A stretch of DNA of 64,000 nucleotides, taken from positions 64,001-128,000 of the forward strand of contig CAWBAT010000008.1 of NCBI GenBank assembly GCA_963786955.1, given 5' to 3'. A program made the translations under genes and the position numbers. Below the pieces are notes generated by a model that was not told where the DNA came from, did not search any database, and worked only from the letters and a program-made list of their open reading frames with translations. The stretch is from an uncultured Acidimicrobiia bacterium (GTDB lineage Bacteria > Acidobacteriota > Terriglobia > Versatilivoradales > Versatilivoraceae). The first letter of the stretch is position 1. The number at the start of each line of letters is the position of its first letter. This document shows positions 49,746-59,462 of this stretch, piece after piece.

Positions 49746-52223
49746 TCATTCCCAGGCGGCTGTCACCTGCCCGTCCTTTTGCTGCCAGTAGGGGGCCCAC
49801 GCCAGCGCCACTAGGCTGACGGAGATATTGGTCTTTTTTGGTTTTACGATGACTGTCTCCAAAGTCTCTGTCATTGAATCAACCTTGGATTCCAGGGCCG
49901 CGGTTTCCTGCTGGAGCTGAGATTCCAGGTCTGCCAACTGTTGCTGCAATGCTTCTGCCGTCTCACCGGCACGTGCCACGTCCTGGGATTCCTTCATCGA
50001 GCGACTCACTCCGCGCGCAGCCGTGGTAGCCCTACCTAGTGTCGAAGCACTGATGGCCTTTCTTCCCAAGAAAGCCCCAAGCAAGGTTGTTCCGAAGGAG
50101 ATGGCGGTCTGGATTTTTTGCGCTTGAGCTTGCTGTGCTTCTCGCTCGACGGCTTGCTGGGCGCGTCGAATCCGGTCTTGCAGCGCGGCCAGCTTCGGTG
50201 CGTATTGTTGCCGCAGTTGTTCAACCCGGCTATCCCGTTCCTCCCGGGCTGTCTGTTGAAGTCGAATTCGAAAATCACGCTCAGATTCTCCGGGTTTCGA
50301 GATTTGGCTGAGATTCGAACTACGAAACATTTCCAGTTTCTGAGTGCGATAAAGCGCATCAGCTAAGGAACGTTTCCAAGAATCCAAACCCTTCACTTTT
50401 GTGACGGCAGTGGAAAGGGATGCAAAGGTGGCGGCGGCATTAGGTTCCTTTTCCAAATCTGAATCCGCCAAATCGACCGCGGGGGCTTCTCCCCAATCGA
50501 CGGCGACAGCCTGGTCCGTGATGGGCGCCAGAACGGCAACAGTCTGCTCTTCGTCGATTTTTGCCTTGGCATCGACAAAGTAGACTTTCGCGCTCCCAAA
50601 CGCCATGGGTTGGTACAAAAGACGGCTTCCCGTTGGTTGAGCTGCCCGAAGTGGGATAAAGAGTTGAATAATCTCCGGAGGGAGCACCGGTCGCTGAGCG
50701 GATAATCCCGAAGGAGGGTCAGAAATTGGCGCTGCGGGTGCAGCCGCATCAGTTGCCGCTGAAGCCAAAGGAGCCGCCGTCGCCGATCCGGTTTGCGATT
50801 GGGTTCCCTTCTTCTTGGTTTCCATGAGAGATTTTATTTGGTCGCGAGTGAGCGGTCCTCTTAAATAAGAAAGCGCCCAACGGGACTCAAATACCTCGGG
50901 AGCATCTTCATGAACGTTGTTCATCAGAAAAATTCGGTTGCCCAAACCGGCCAGGGTTTCCTCCATCTGCTTTCGGTTAAACCTCGTGCCAGTGATGGCG
51001 GCGGCGCCTTCAAGTCCTTCCATCAAGCGGCCCTTGTCCCGTTCAGTCTGCAGCCGGCCGATAAACCAGGTTCCGGCATTGGCGAGCCCTTTGTAGTCGA
51101 GATCGACAGGATTCTGGGTTGCCAGCACAACTCCGAGTCCATAGGCACGTGCTTGCTTCAAGAGTGTTAAGAAGGGGGCTTTTGAGGGTGGGTTCGCGAC
51201 CGGTGGGAAATAGCCCATAATTTCATCCATATAGAGCAAAGCCCGCAAGCTGGTTGTGCCGGATTGGGTGCGCATCCAGGTCACGACTTGATTTAGCAGG
51301 ATGGAAACAAAAAACATTCGCTCGCTGTCGCTCAGATGGGAAATGGAAAAAATGGAGACCCGGGGTTTTCCGGTGGCGGTGTAGAGGAAAGATTGAACAT
51401 CCAGAGGCTCTCCTTCCATCCAGGTCTCAAATCCTGGTGCCGCCAAGAGGTTATTCAGTTGCATGGCCAACTCAAAACGATCTTTTGAAGAATAGAAAGA
51501 TTCGAGTTCCAGAACGCCCACTTTGTTTATTGGCGGGGTCTGGATCTGTTGAATCAAGGCAGCCAAGTCTAGTTTCTGAGCCTGTTTCCAGGCATGGTTG
51601 AGGATTGTAGAGATGAGAATATGTTCACGACTCTGGAGAGGGTCGGCCTGGATGCCCAGCAATCCCAAAAAACCAGTCACCGTCGTACTGATCCGCTCTC
51701 GCAATAGCTCTTTATCCTCGAGAATACTGTTAGGTGGTGCTTCTAATGAGTTCAAAACGGAGACAGGGAATCCGGCTGTGCTTCCCGGAGTGAAAATGGT
51801 GAAATCGGCTGCCTCCTTTAACCTCTGAATCCGCTCTTGTGATTGTCCCCACTCCGCCAGCCCTTTTTTCCACATATCAGCTTGCTGCTGGGCAAAATCC
51901 AGCGTCGACAACCCTTTCCTTTGGGCGTCTTCAGCGTTAATCCAGGGTTCCAGATCTTCGCCTCTGAGTTGCGGAAAAGTGAGCAATAAATTGCTGAGGT
52001 CTCCCTTGGGATCGATCACGATAGCGGGAATGTTGTCGATAGCGGCCTCTTCGAGTAGCGCGAGACACAATCCGGTTTTCCCGCTCCCTGTCATGCCCAC
52101 GCATACTGCGTGAGTAACGAGGTCTTTGGAATCATAGAGTAGGAGACCTTCCAGGCGTTTCTTACTTCTCAAGTCGTAAGGGTTTCCCAAGTAGAAAGCG
52201 CCTAGTTTTTCAAAATCTTGCAT
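49746..52223 (-). CDS. HerA/FtsK-superfamily (DUF87-like) P-loop ATPase with C-terminal coiled coils
   Basis: Walker A GMTGSGKT, IDPKGD, Walker B LLYMDE, KQARAYG and LATQNPVD motifs; AAGGAG RBS before ATG 52223. Confidence 0.85.
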   Translation of the reverse strand: MQDFEKLGAFYLGNPYDLRSKKRLEGLLLYDSKDLVTHAVCVGMTGSGKTGLCLALLEEAAIDNIPAIVIDPKGDLSNLLLTFPQLRGEDLEPWINAEDAQRKGLSTLDFAQQQADMWKKGLAEWGQSQERIQRLKEAADFTIFTPGSTAGFPVSVLNSLEAPPNSILEDKELLRERISTTVTGFLGLLGIQADPLQSREHILISTILNHAWKQAQKLDLAALIQQIQTPPINKVGVLELESFYSSKDRFELAMQLNNLLAAPGFETWMEGEPLDVQSFLYTATGKPRVSIFSISHLSDSERMFFVSILLNQVVTWMRTQSGTTSLRALLYMDEIMGYFPPVANPPSKAPFLTLLKQARAYGLGVVLATQNPVDLDYKGLANAGTWFIGRLQTERDKGRLMEGLEGAAAITGTRFNRKQMEETLAGLGNRIFLMNNVHEDAPEVFESRWALSYLRGPLTRDQIKSLMETKKKGTQSQTGSATAAPLASAATDAAAPAAPISDPPSGLSAQRPVLPPEIIQLFIPLRAAQPTGSRLLYQPMAFGSAKVYFVDAKAKIDEEQTVAVLAPITDQAVAVDWGEAPAVDLADSDLEKEPNAAATFASLSTAVTKVKGLDSWKRSLADALYRTQKLEMFRSSNLSQISKPGESERDFRIRLQQTAREERDSRVEQLRQQYAPKLAALQDRIRRAQQAVEREAQQAQAQKIQTAISFGTTLLGAFLGRKAISASTLGRATTAARGVSRSMKESQDVARAGETAEALQQQLADLESQLQQETAALESKVDSMTETLETVIVKPKKTNISVSLVALAWAPYWQQKDGQVTAAWE

Positions 52224-52426
52224 AAGTCCGAATCTCCTTTTCCGCCGCTCACGAGTGCATCTACTTACAGGCCAACAATTAATTTTATTCACAAGTCTAA
52301 TGGTTGGGAATGAATAAAATTTGCAGGAGCAGGAATTGTTACTTACGATGTTATCCTGAGTATGTGAGGCAGAGCATTCGCTAAATAAAGATGGAATGGG
52401 TTTTGTGACCAAAAAACCCATCGGCT

Positions 52427-52696
52427 CCCCTCTCCCCGAAGGTTTTCACCTATGTCTCCGAACGAAACAAAGCAGGAGAAGGGTTGGGGGGGACCTCTAA
52501 AGAAGACTCATTTGTCATTGTTGACTGTTCATTTCTCATTTTCCATTGAGAAGCTTCAATGAAAAATGGCAAATGGTAATTGACCAATGGTAAATAGGGT
52601 AGCTGCGAAGATGACATCAACCGGAGCTTTGCTGCGGCCCCCCTTCAAAGGCGGACTTGTTTATGATCCCCTCCGTTGGAGGCGTGTAGGGGTGGG
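52427..52696. repeat. Composite palindromic intergenic repeat (family B), second copy
   Basis: Matches 15843-16060 in the same modular order. Confidence 0.75.
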
Positions 52697-52735
52697 CCTT
52701 CGGTTCCCCTCGCTCCAACCACTCGTGAGCTCCTT

Positions 52736-54103
52736 ATGACTTTCATTCGCCCTTCCTTCCCCCGACCTCCCGGACCGAGAAATATCCTCCCGGGTCTCTG
52801 GTATGTTGGATTTCGCAGAGACCCCATCCGTTTTTTCATGCGATTGGCACACCAATATGGCGACATTGTTTATTTCCACCTGGGCCCCCAGCGAGTCTTC
52901 TTGTTGAATCATCCGGATCTGATTCGAGATATTCTGGTGACTCATGATTCCAATTTTGTCAAGGGTCGGGGGCTGGAGCGTGCCAAATTGCTATTGGGTG
53001 AAGGTCTCCTCACGAGTGAAGGGGAATTGCATCGCCGTCAACGAAGGTTGATGCAACCTGCCTTCCATCGTCTACGGCTTAAAGCCTATAGCGAGATCAT
53101 GGTGCAGGCTGCCGACCAATTGCAGGATACCTGGGAAGAAGGGATGGTTCTTGATCTGGATCATGTGATGAAAGGGCTTACCCTCTCAATCGTCGGCCGA
53201 ACCCTTTTCGGGGCTGATGTCGGGAAAGAGGCAAGCGAGTTGGAAGAGGCCTTAACCGCCGCTATGAAATTGTGGCGGAAAATGATGCTCCCTTTTGCCG
53301 AGACTCTCGAAAAATTTCCGCTTCCCAGTGTGCGCAAATTTCGGAACGCTCGGCGCCGCCTCGACGAGACGATTTATCGAATCATTGAGGAGCGGCGCTG
53401 GAAACCGGATCTCCACGATGATCTGCTCTCCATGCTTTTGGCGGCCCAGGATACGGAGGGAGACGGTGGACAAATGACTGACCTTCAGCTCCGGGATGAG
53501 GTGATGACATTGTTCTTAGCGGGGCATGAAACGACGGCTAACGCGCTGACCTGGACTTGGTATTTGCTTTCTCAAAATCCAGAAATTGAAACACGGTTTC
53601 ATGCCGAAGTGGATCGACTCCCGAAGGGAAAAGTGTCTTCTGCGGAGGACCTGCCTCTGCTCACTTACACTGAAAAAGTATTCGCGGAGTCGATGCGTTT
53701 GTTCCCGCCGGCCTGGTTGATTGGCAGACGAGCCCTTCGCGACTACGAAATTCCGCCGTACCGAATCCCCGCTCGATCTCTGGTCTTGATGAGCCAGTAT
53801 GTCATGCATCGGGATGAACGGTATTACCCGGATGCATCTCAATTTGATCCGGAACGCTGGACCCCGGAAGCCAAAGCATCTCGTCCTAAATTTGCTTACT
53901 TTCCTTTTGGCGGCGGGCCGAGGCAGTGTATTGGAGACGGGTTTGCTTGGATGGAAGGAGTCCTGCTCTTGGCTGCGATAGGAAGGACATGGAAGTTCAG
54001 GCTCGTTCCCGGCCACCCCGTAGAGATGCAGCCCCTTGTCACGTTGAGACCGAAGTATGGAATGAACATGATTCTGGAAAAGAGATTGAACCGAGTGATC
54101 TAG
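52736..54103 (+). CDS. Cytochrome P450
   Basis: AGHETT I-helix, ESMR (ExxR), FDPERW and [10 protein letters not shown] heme motif. Confidence 0.97.
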   Translation: MTFIRPSFPRPPGPRNILPGLWYVGFRRDPIRFFMRLAHQYGDIVYFHLGPQRVFLLNHPDLIRDILVTHDSNFVKGRGLERAKLLLGEGLLTSEGELHRRQRRLMQPAFHRLRLKAYSEIMVQAADQLQDTWEEGMVLDLDHVMKGLTLSIVGRTLFGADVGKEASELEEALTAAMKLWRKMMLPFAETLEKFPLPSVRKFRNARRRLDETIYRIIEERRWKPDLHDDLLSMLLAAQDTEGDGGQMTDLQLRDEVMTLFLAGHETTANALTWTWYLLSQNPEIETRFHAEVDRLPKGKVSSAEDLPLLTYTEKVFAESMRLFPPAWLIGRRALRDYEIPPYRIPARSLVLMSQYVMHRDERYYPDASQFDPERWTPEAKASRPKFAYFPFGGGPRQCIGDGFAWMEGVLLLAAIGRTWKFRLVPGHPVEMQPLVTLRPKYGMNMILEKRLNRVI

Positions 54104-54221
54104 CAGAAACAGAGTTGATTGGAGTTTATGAAATGAAGTTTGCTGATGGGCTTTAAACGGTGAAACATTAAGTCCCCACTGAAAGGACCCAAAATTACAG
54201 GCTAACTTTTGAAGGAGTGCG

Positions 54222-56468
54222 ATGGCAAAAGAAAACAGTGAGCGAGGAGTCTCCCGAAGAGCGTTTCTCAAGGTATCTGGCCCAGTGACTGCCGGAGCGT
54301 TGAGTTTGAGCACAGGTTCCATAAGAAATGTCGTTGCCGGGCAGAAACAACCTGAAGGGTCCCCGAAATATGGCATGCAGAACAAGCAGTTCAGCTTGGG
54401 GGTTTCCTCTGATGAGGGTTTGCAGGTTCTCTTGAAACATTTACCCTCGGGTATTGAACTTGCCAGTGGCGCCTATAACTTTTCCTTCGGGACCCCCAAG
54501 TTGGGGGCGCCCGTGAAGATGGAGGAATCCAACGTGGAAGTCCTCACTGTCAAGGGTTCCATCAGAGAGGCAATCTCGTTTAAGCATGAATTTCGGCTGC
54601 CTTCCTCTCAGCCCTGGTTTGAGGAGAACTTCACCATAACCAACCGTAGTTCCTACCCGTTGGACTTGAGTCAGGTGCGCGGGGGATTTGTTCTTCCCGT
54701 ACCATTTGAGGCGGATAAAGCCTCCGGTCCGCTTAAAGACTTTAAGTTCACGGCCATACCTTACCGACGTGAGCCCACTGGAGATCGGAAGCAATATGCC
54801 GACTATACATTGACCCAGGTCTTGACAGAGCCCCGGTCTTCACGCTTGCGCTCCGATTTTCCGATCCGGCGGGATGGAACGGTTGTCATGACGACGGCCT
54901 ATGAAACGGGTATTCCGAAAATTGAATTTATGGTGTACGCCTCTGAGGGTTGGGTGTTGACCGATGGGAAGCGGGGTTTCTTGATCACCAAATATAACCA
55001 GCGCGGAATGGAATGGTCACTCTTGAATCGGCTTCCAGTATCTGTAGATCAAACTGGTCTCTGCTGGGGTGGATTTGGCATTTTCGAGGGAGACCCGCAA
55101 CCGGCAACGATCTTGGCTCCGGGGCAAACCTATACGTTCGGGGTTTCGAGGCTCACCCCTTTTGAAGGAGGGTTAGAGGAGGGTTTCTATGTGTTTCGTG
55201 CTGAGATGGAATCAAGGGGACACGGTTGCCCAAAAGGCTTCGATCCACCTCTCCAATGGAATGAGCTTTACGATAATAAACTCTGGCATCTCGGCATGAT
55301 CGAGATGGACAAGCCGGAGAATCGCCGAAAGTATTACCAGCTTGCCGACATGTTGGAAGAGGCGAAGAAGGCGCGGGAATACCGTTGTGAAGCGCTCTAT
55401 TGCGATCCCGGATGGGATACCAGCTTTGCTTCCAAAATTTGGGATCAATCGCGTTTGGGAAACCTCAAAAACTTTAGCGAGCGGTTGCGGACAGATTATG
55501 GATTGAAGCTTTCCCTCCATACACCCATGTCAGGTTGGTGTAATCCCGTTTCCTACTCGCTGGATGCCACGCGAATGGACCGTCAGGGGAACCGGGTGCC
55601 ATTTTCTCTTTGCGCCGCTTCCCAACAATTTCAGGATGAAACCCTTTCCCGGCTGGAGACTCTGGCGCGAGATGGAGCGACCTTCTTCATGTTTGATGGA
55701 ACAATGTATCATGGTGAATGCTGGGATCCGGCACACGACCACCCGATTCCGGCGCGCCGGGAGGACCACGTTCAGGGGAATCTACGCTTGGCGCGAGGGG
55801 TCCACGCCAAGTATCCCCAGGTCTTGATTGAGATGCATGACCCCGTTCTGGGTGGGGCTCGATTGCGCTACGCCCCGACATACTATGGACACGGCCCGGA
55901 CCCTTATGGCGTAAGCATTCCAAGTCCTGCCGGGTTCGATTCGGTTTGGGCATTCGAGCTGATGTGGGATCCCATGGCTGACCTGGTTGGCGGGCACAGC
56001 ATCGCGCTGTATTATTACAATCTGGCCTACTCTCTGCCGCTTTATATTCACATTGACCTTCGCACGGATAACGCCCAAGCCCTCATGTTTTGGTGGAATG
56101 CCTCGACCTGCAGGCATCTGGGCATTGGAGGGACCCATCCTGACCCGAGTGTCCAAAAGGCACACCAGGCTGCTGCCGCCACTTTTCGCCGCCTGAAGTC
56201 TTTTTTTGCTTCCGGAATTTTTTATGGGATTGATGAATTGACTCACTTCCACCGCCATCCCACCGAGTGCTCCGCTGTGATCAATTGCTTCAATCTGGAA
56301 GACCAGCCGGTTACGCGGAGATTTTTATTTGAACCCGCCCGGTTTGGGCTTGATGCTGGCGCGACTTATCAGGTCAGTGGAGGAAACGCTCATAGAAAAA
56401 ACGGGCGTTACGAAATTGAGGTCACTATTGTCAGCTACGGGCATACGCTCATCGAGCTAAAGAGCTAG
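54222..56468 (+). CDS. Tat-exported putative glycoside hydrolase (GH36/GH27 clan D-like barrel)
   Basis: SRRAFLK Tat motif; QWNE...YCDPGW, GLKLSLH, FFMFDG and VLIEMH resemble alpha-galactosidase barrel strands. Confidence 0.5.
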   Translation: MAKENSERGVSRRAFLKVSGPVTAGALSLSTGSIRNVVAGQKQPEGSPKYGMQNKQFSLGVSSDEGLQVLLKHLPSGIELASGAYNFSFGTPKLGAPVKMEESNVEVLTVKGSIREAISFKHEFRLPSSQPWFEENFTITNRSSYPLDLSQVRGGFVLPVPFEADKASGPLKDFKFTAIPYRREPTGDRKQYADYTLTQVLTEPRSSRLRSDFPIRRDGTVVMTTAYETGIPKIEFMVYASEGWVLTDGKRGFLITKYNQRGMEWSLLNRLPVSVDQTGLCWGGFGIFEGDPQPATILAPGQTYTFGVSRLTPFEGGLEEGFYVFRAEMESRGHGCPKGFDPPLQWNELYDNKLWHLGMIEMDKPENRRKYYQLADMLEEAKKAREYRCEALYCDPGWDTSFASKIWDQSRLGNLKNFSERLRTDYGLKLSLHTPMSGWCNPVSYSLDATRMDRQGNRVPFSLCAASQQFQDETLSRLETLARDGATFFMFDGTMYHGECWDPAHDHPIPARREDHVQGNLRLARGVHAKYPQVLIEMHDPVLGGARLRYAPTYYGHGPDPYGVSIPSPAGFDSVWAFELMWDPMADLVGGHSIALYYYNLAYSLPLYIHIDLRTDNAQALMFWWNASTCRHLGIGGTHPDPSVQKAHQAAAATFRRLKSFFASGIFYGIDELTHFHRHPTECSAVINCFNLEDQPVTRRFLFEPARFGLDAGATYQVSGGNAHRKNGRYEIEVTIVSYGHTLIELKS

Positions 56469-56571
56469 TACCGTTTCATCTTATACAGACGCAATGGGGA
56501 TAACGAAAAACCCGGCCTCCTGGAATTCGATCCTCCAAGCCGGTTGAAGACGCGACATGGTACCTTGCAAT

Positions 56572-56606
56572 TGTCCCCACTTGCACAAGGGGGGACTTCA
56601 GGGGGG
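56572..56606. repeat. REP-like palindromic repeat (family C), second copy
   Basis: TGTCCCCACTTGCACAAGGGGGGACTTCAGGGGGG. Confidence 0.75.
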
Positions 56607-56777
56607 TCGTCAAAACTGGGCAGGCACTCTGCCGGAGAAAAGCCCACGATGAATAGTGAAAGCACATTCATCGTGGCTTCCAATACAAATGCGAGACCGA
56701 TGACATTCGCGGCCACGCGGACCTCGGATCGAGACCAGATAAGGTATCATCGGCTCCGCATCTGCGAACTCAATCTA

Positions 56778-59135
56778 ATGACAATAACGAATCGATTCTT
56801 CCGACCCATTGCAAGTTACTCCTTGGCCTCCTTATTTCTCTTGGGAGGATTTGTATGGGAAGGGTGTCATGTTCGAGAAGATCACTGGCCAAAACAAGTT
56901 CGAAGCACGGGTGCCGGAGGAGTCGCCTTTGTCGACAATCAGGTTTGCGCGGAGTGTCATCAACTGGAATTCAAAGAATGGTCCGGTTCCAACCATGATC
57001 TGGGTATGCAACCAGCCAATGAGAAGACAGTCCTAGGTAATTTCAATGATACCCGCTTCACCTATTTTGGCGTGACATCCCACTTCTTTAAAAAGGGCCC
57101 CAAATTTTTTGTGAATACGGATGGTCCCGATGGGAAGATGACCGATTTCGAAATTCGATACACCATCGGGGTCGAACCCCTGCAGCAGTATCTGATTGAG
57201 TTTCCGGGCGGCCGGTTGCAATGCTTATCGATTTCTTGGGACACCACGAAGAAAGAATGGTTTCATCTCTACCCTGACGAAAAAATTGAATATACCGACC
57301 CTTTACACTGGACCCAACGTTCTCAGAACTGGAACATGATGTGCGCCGAATGCCACACAACGCATCTCCGGAAAAATTACGACTTGGCGAGTGATTCCTA
57401 CAAAACGGAATGGGATGTCATCAATGTGAGCTGCCAGGCCTGCCATGGTCCGGGCGAAGCCCACGTGAACTGGGCTCGGGCTAGGGCAGGGAGCAAGTTT
57501 CCCCAGGTCCGGGACGACTACGATGGAAAAAACTCCACGCACTATGCTCTTCAAGTGCAATTCACGGGCAAGACTCCGCTGCCTGAGATTGAAGCCTGTG
57601 CGCGTTGTCATTCTCGACGTCACCGGCTTTCTCCCGATGACGGGCAAGGGGAGCCTTACTTGGATTATTTGCAGGTCGAGACTCTCCGCCAAGGTCTCTA
57701 CCATCCCGACGGCCAGATCCAAGGCGAAGTCTATGCCTATGGATCATTCATCCAGAGTAAGATGTATCACGAGGGAGTTCGTTGCTCGAATTGCCACAAT
57801 CCTCATAGTCTGCGCACGTGGGGTGTGGCCAATAAGTTGTGTATTCGTTGTCATCAAACATCGCCCCCTTCGGACTTTCCCACGCTCAAATCGAAACAAT
57901 ACGACACTCCTGCCCATCACTTTCACCGCGAAGACTCTGCTGGCGCTCAATGCGTGAATTGCCACATGCCGACTCAAACGTATATGGTTGTCGATCCCCG
58001 CCGCGATCATAGCCTCCGAGTGCCTCGGCCTGACCTGTCTTTGAAATTGGGAACCCCTAATGCCTGCAACCAATGCCATCGTGACCGCTCACTGGAATGG
58101 GCAGCCCAGGCTGTTGCTCGCTGGTACGGACCTCACCGGCAACAGGATTCACATTTTGGTGAAATCCTGAGCGCCGGCAGAGCAGGAAGCGAAGATGCTG
58201 AATCCAGGCTGTTGCAACTGGCCAATGATTCGAAGCAGCCGGCAATTGCACGGGCAACCGCTCTGGAGTTGTTTCGTCCATCCAGCCCGGGAAGTTTGGA
58301 AGCCATGCTGAAGTTAGTGACAGACGTTGATCCGCTCGTTCGGGTTTATGCATTGAAAGGTCTGGACCAAGCAGCGCCCGAATTCAGACTCGAGAGAGCT
58401 GCTCCTTTGTTGAACGACCCGGTTCGCGCCGTTCGTATTGAAGCCGCCCGGGTTCTGGCATCCGTGCAAGCCGAACAGTTCAGTCCGGCCCAACGCAAGG
58501 CATTTGAATCTGCCCGGCAGGAGTTTATTGATGCACAAATGTCGCAGTCAGACATGCCTTCCGCCCACTTAAATTTGGGAGTGATGTATGCAAACTCAGG
58601 ACAAACTGAGCGGGCCGAACAGTCTTATTTGAAGGCTCTCCGCTTGGATCCGACATTCCTTCCCGTCCATGTGAACCTGGCCAATCTTTATAACCAGTTG
58701 GGCCGTAATCCCGAGGCCGAGCAGGTCCTTCGAAATGCCATTGAAAAAGCGCCGAAGGAAGGTGAGTTGTATTATTCGCTTGGGCTGCTCCTGGCTGAAG
58801 AAAACCGCCTGTCTGAGGCGGAAGCCAGCCTGGGGAAAGCTGCAGAACTGCTTCCGCGCCGTGCCACTGTACGTTACAACAGAGGCCTGGCCTTACAACA
58901 AATGGGCCAGCGACCCGAGGCAGAAGAACAGTTATTGGCAGCAAACCGATTGGAACCGGAGAATCCAAAGATTCTGAATGCGCTAGCCATTTTCTATTTG
59001 CAAGACCAGCACCCAAAGCAGGCCTTGCCTTTTGCTGAGCAACTGGCGAAAATGTTTCCTGCTGCACCGGGCCCAAGCCAGTTGCTCCTGAAGATTCAGC
59101 AGGAACTTTCCAGCAAAGAAAATAAAACTCGGTAG
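56778..59135 (+). CDS. Octaheme c-type cytochrome with HEAT and TPR repeats
   Basis: Eight CxxCH motifs (CAECH x2, CQACH, CARCH, CSNCH, CIRCH, CVNCH, CNQCH); DPLVR/DPVRAVR HEAT repeats; C-terminal TPRs; start uncertain. Confidence 0.9.
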   Translation: MTITNRFFRPIASYSLASLFLLGGFVWEGCHVREDHWPKQVRSTGAGGVAFVDNQVCAECHQLEFKEWSGSNHDLGMQPANEKTVLGNFNDTRFTYFGVTSHFFKKGPKFFVNTDGPDGKMTDFEIRYTIGVEPLQQYLIEFPGGRLQCLSISWDTTKKEWFHLYPDEKIEYTDPLHWTQRSQNWNMMCAECHTTHLRKNYDLASDSYKTEWDVINVSCQACHGPGEAHVNWARARAGSKFPQVRDDYDGKNSTHYALQVQFTGKTPLPEIEACARCHSRRHRLSPDDGQGEPYLDYLQVETLRQGLYHPDGQIQGEVYAYGSFIQSKMYHEGVRCSNCHNPHSLRTWGVANKLCIRCHQTSPPSDFPTLKSKQYDTPAHHFHREDSAGAQCVNCHMPTQTYMVVDPRRDHSLRVPRPDLSLKLGTPNACNQCHRDRSLEWAAQAVARWYGPHRQQDSHFGEILSAGRAGSEDAESRLLQLANDSKQPAIARATALELFRPSSPGSLEAMLKLVTDVDPLVRVYALKGLDQAAPEFRLERAAPLLNDPVRAVRIEAARVLASVQAEQFSPAQRKAFESARQEFIDAQMSQSDMPSAHLNLGVMYANSGQTERAEQSYLKALRLDPTFLPVHVNLANLYNQLGRNPEAEQVLRNAIEKAPKEGELYYSLGLLLAEENRLSEAEASLGKAAELLPRRATVRYNRGLALQQMGQRPEAEEQLLAANRLEPENPKILNALAIFYLQDQHPKQALPFAEQLAKMFPAAPGPSQLLLKIQQELSSKENKTR

Positions 59136-59200
59136 AGCTTAAGACAGGGACAACCTCTAAGTTGCACGATTTTGCGGTGTTTGTTGCAGCCGGGGATGCC

Positions 59201-59413
59201 TTGTAGGGAGCGGACGCTGTTCCGTTCCTTGCTGAAGGGCCTAACGATCTAAATTCAGCCATCCGTGTCAGTCAGGAACGTGGCGGCGAGCGTTCCCTTC
59301 TGAGGTTTGTAGGCCGCCTTCCCCCACTCGGCGATTTCTCAGACGCCGGGTCAGGGGACCCGTCCCACAGTAGGGCGTAGGATTCTGGCTTTCTCGAAAC
59401 CCCAATCCTACGC
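59201..59413. repeat. Cluster of GTAG-family REP doublets
   Basis: 59201-59231 is a 29/31 match to the reverse complement of 49657-49687; further GTAGG... and GCGTAGGATT...AATCCTACGC pairs. Confidence 0.75.
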
Positions 59414-59462
59414 GGCGTGGTCGGTTTGCCAGAATCGAAAGTAATCATTGAGGGGAGAATCC

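Noticed and set aside
52736-54103. P450 as a tailoring enzyme of the PKS cluster
   Set aside because: About 20 kb away and separated by housekeeping genes; no evidence of linkage.
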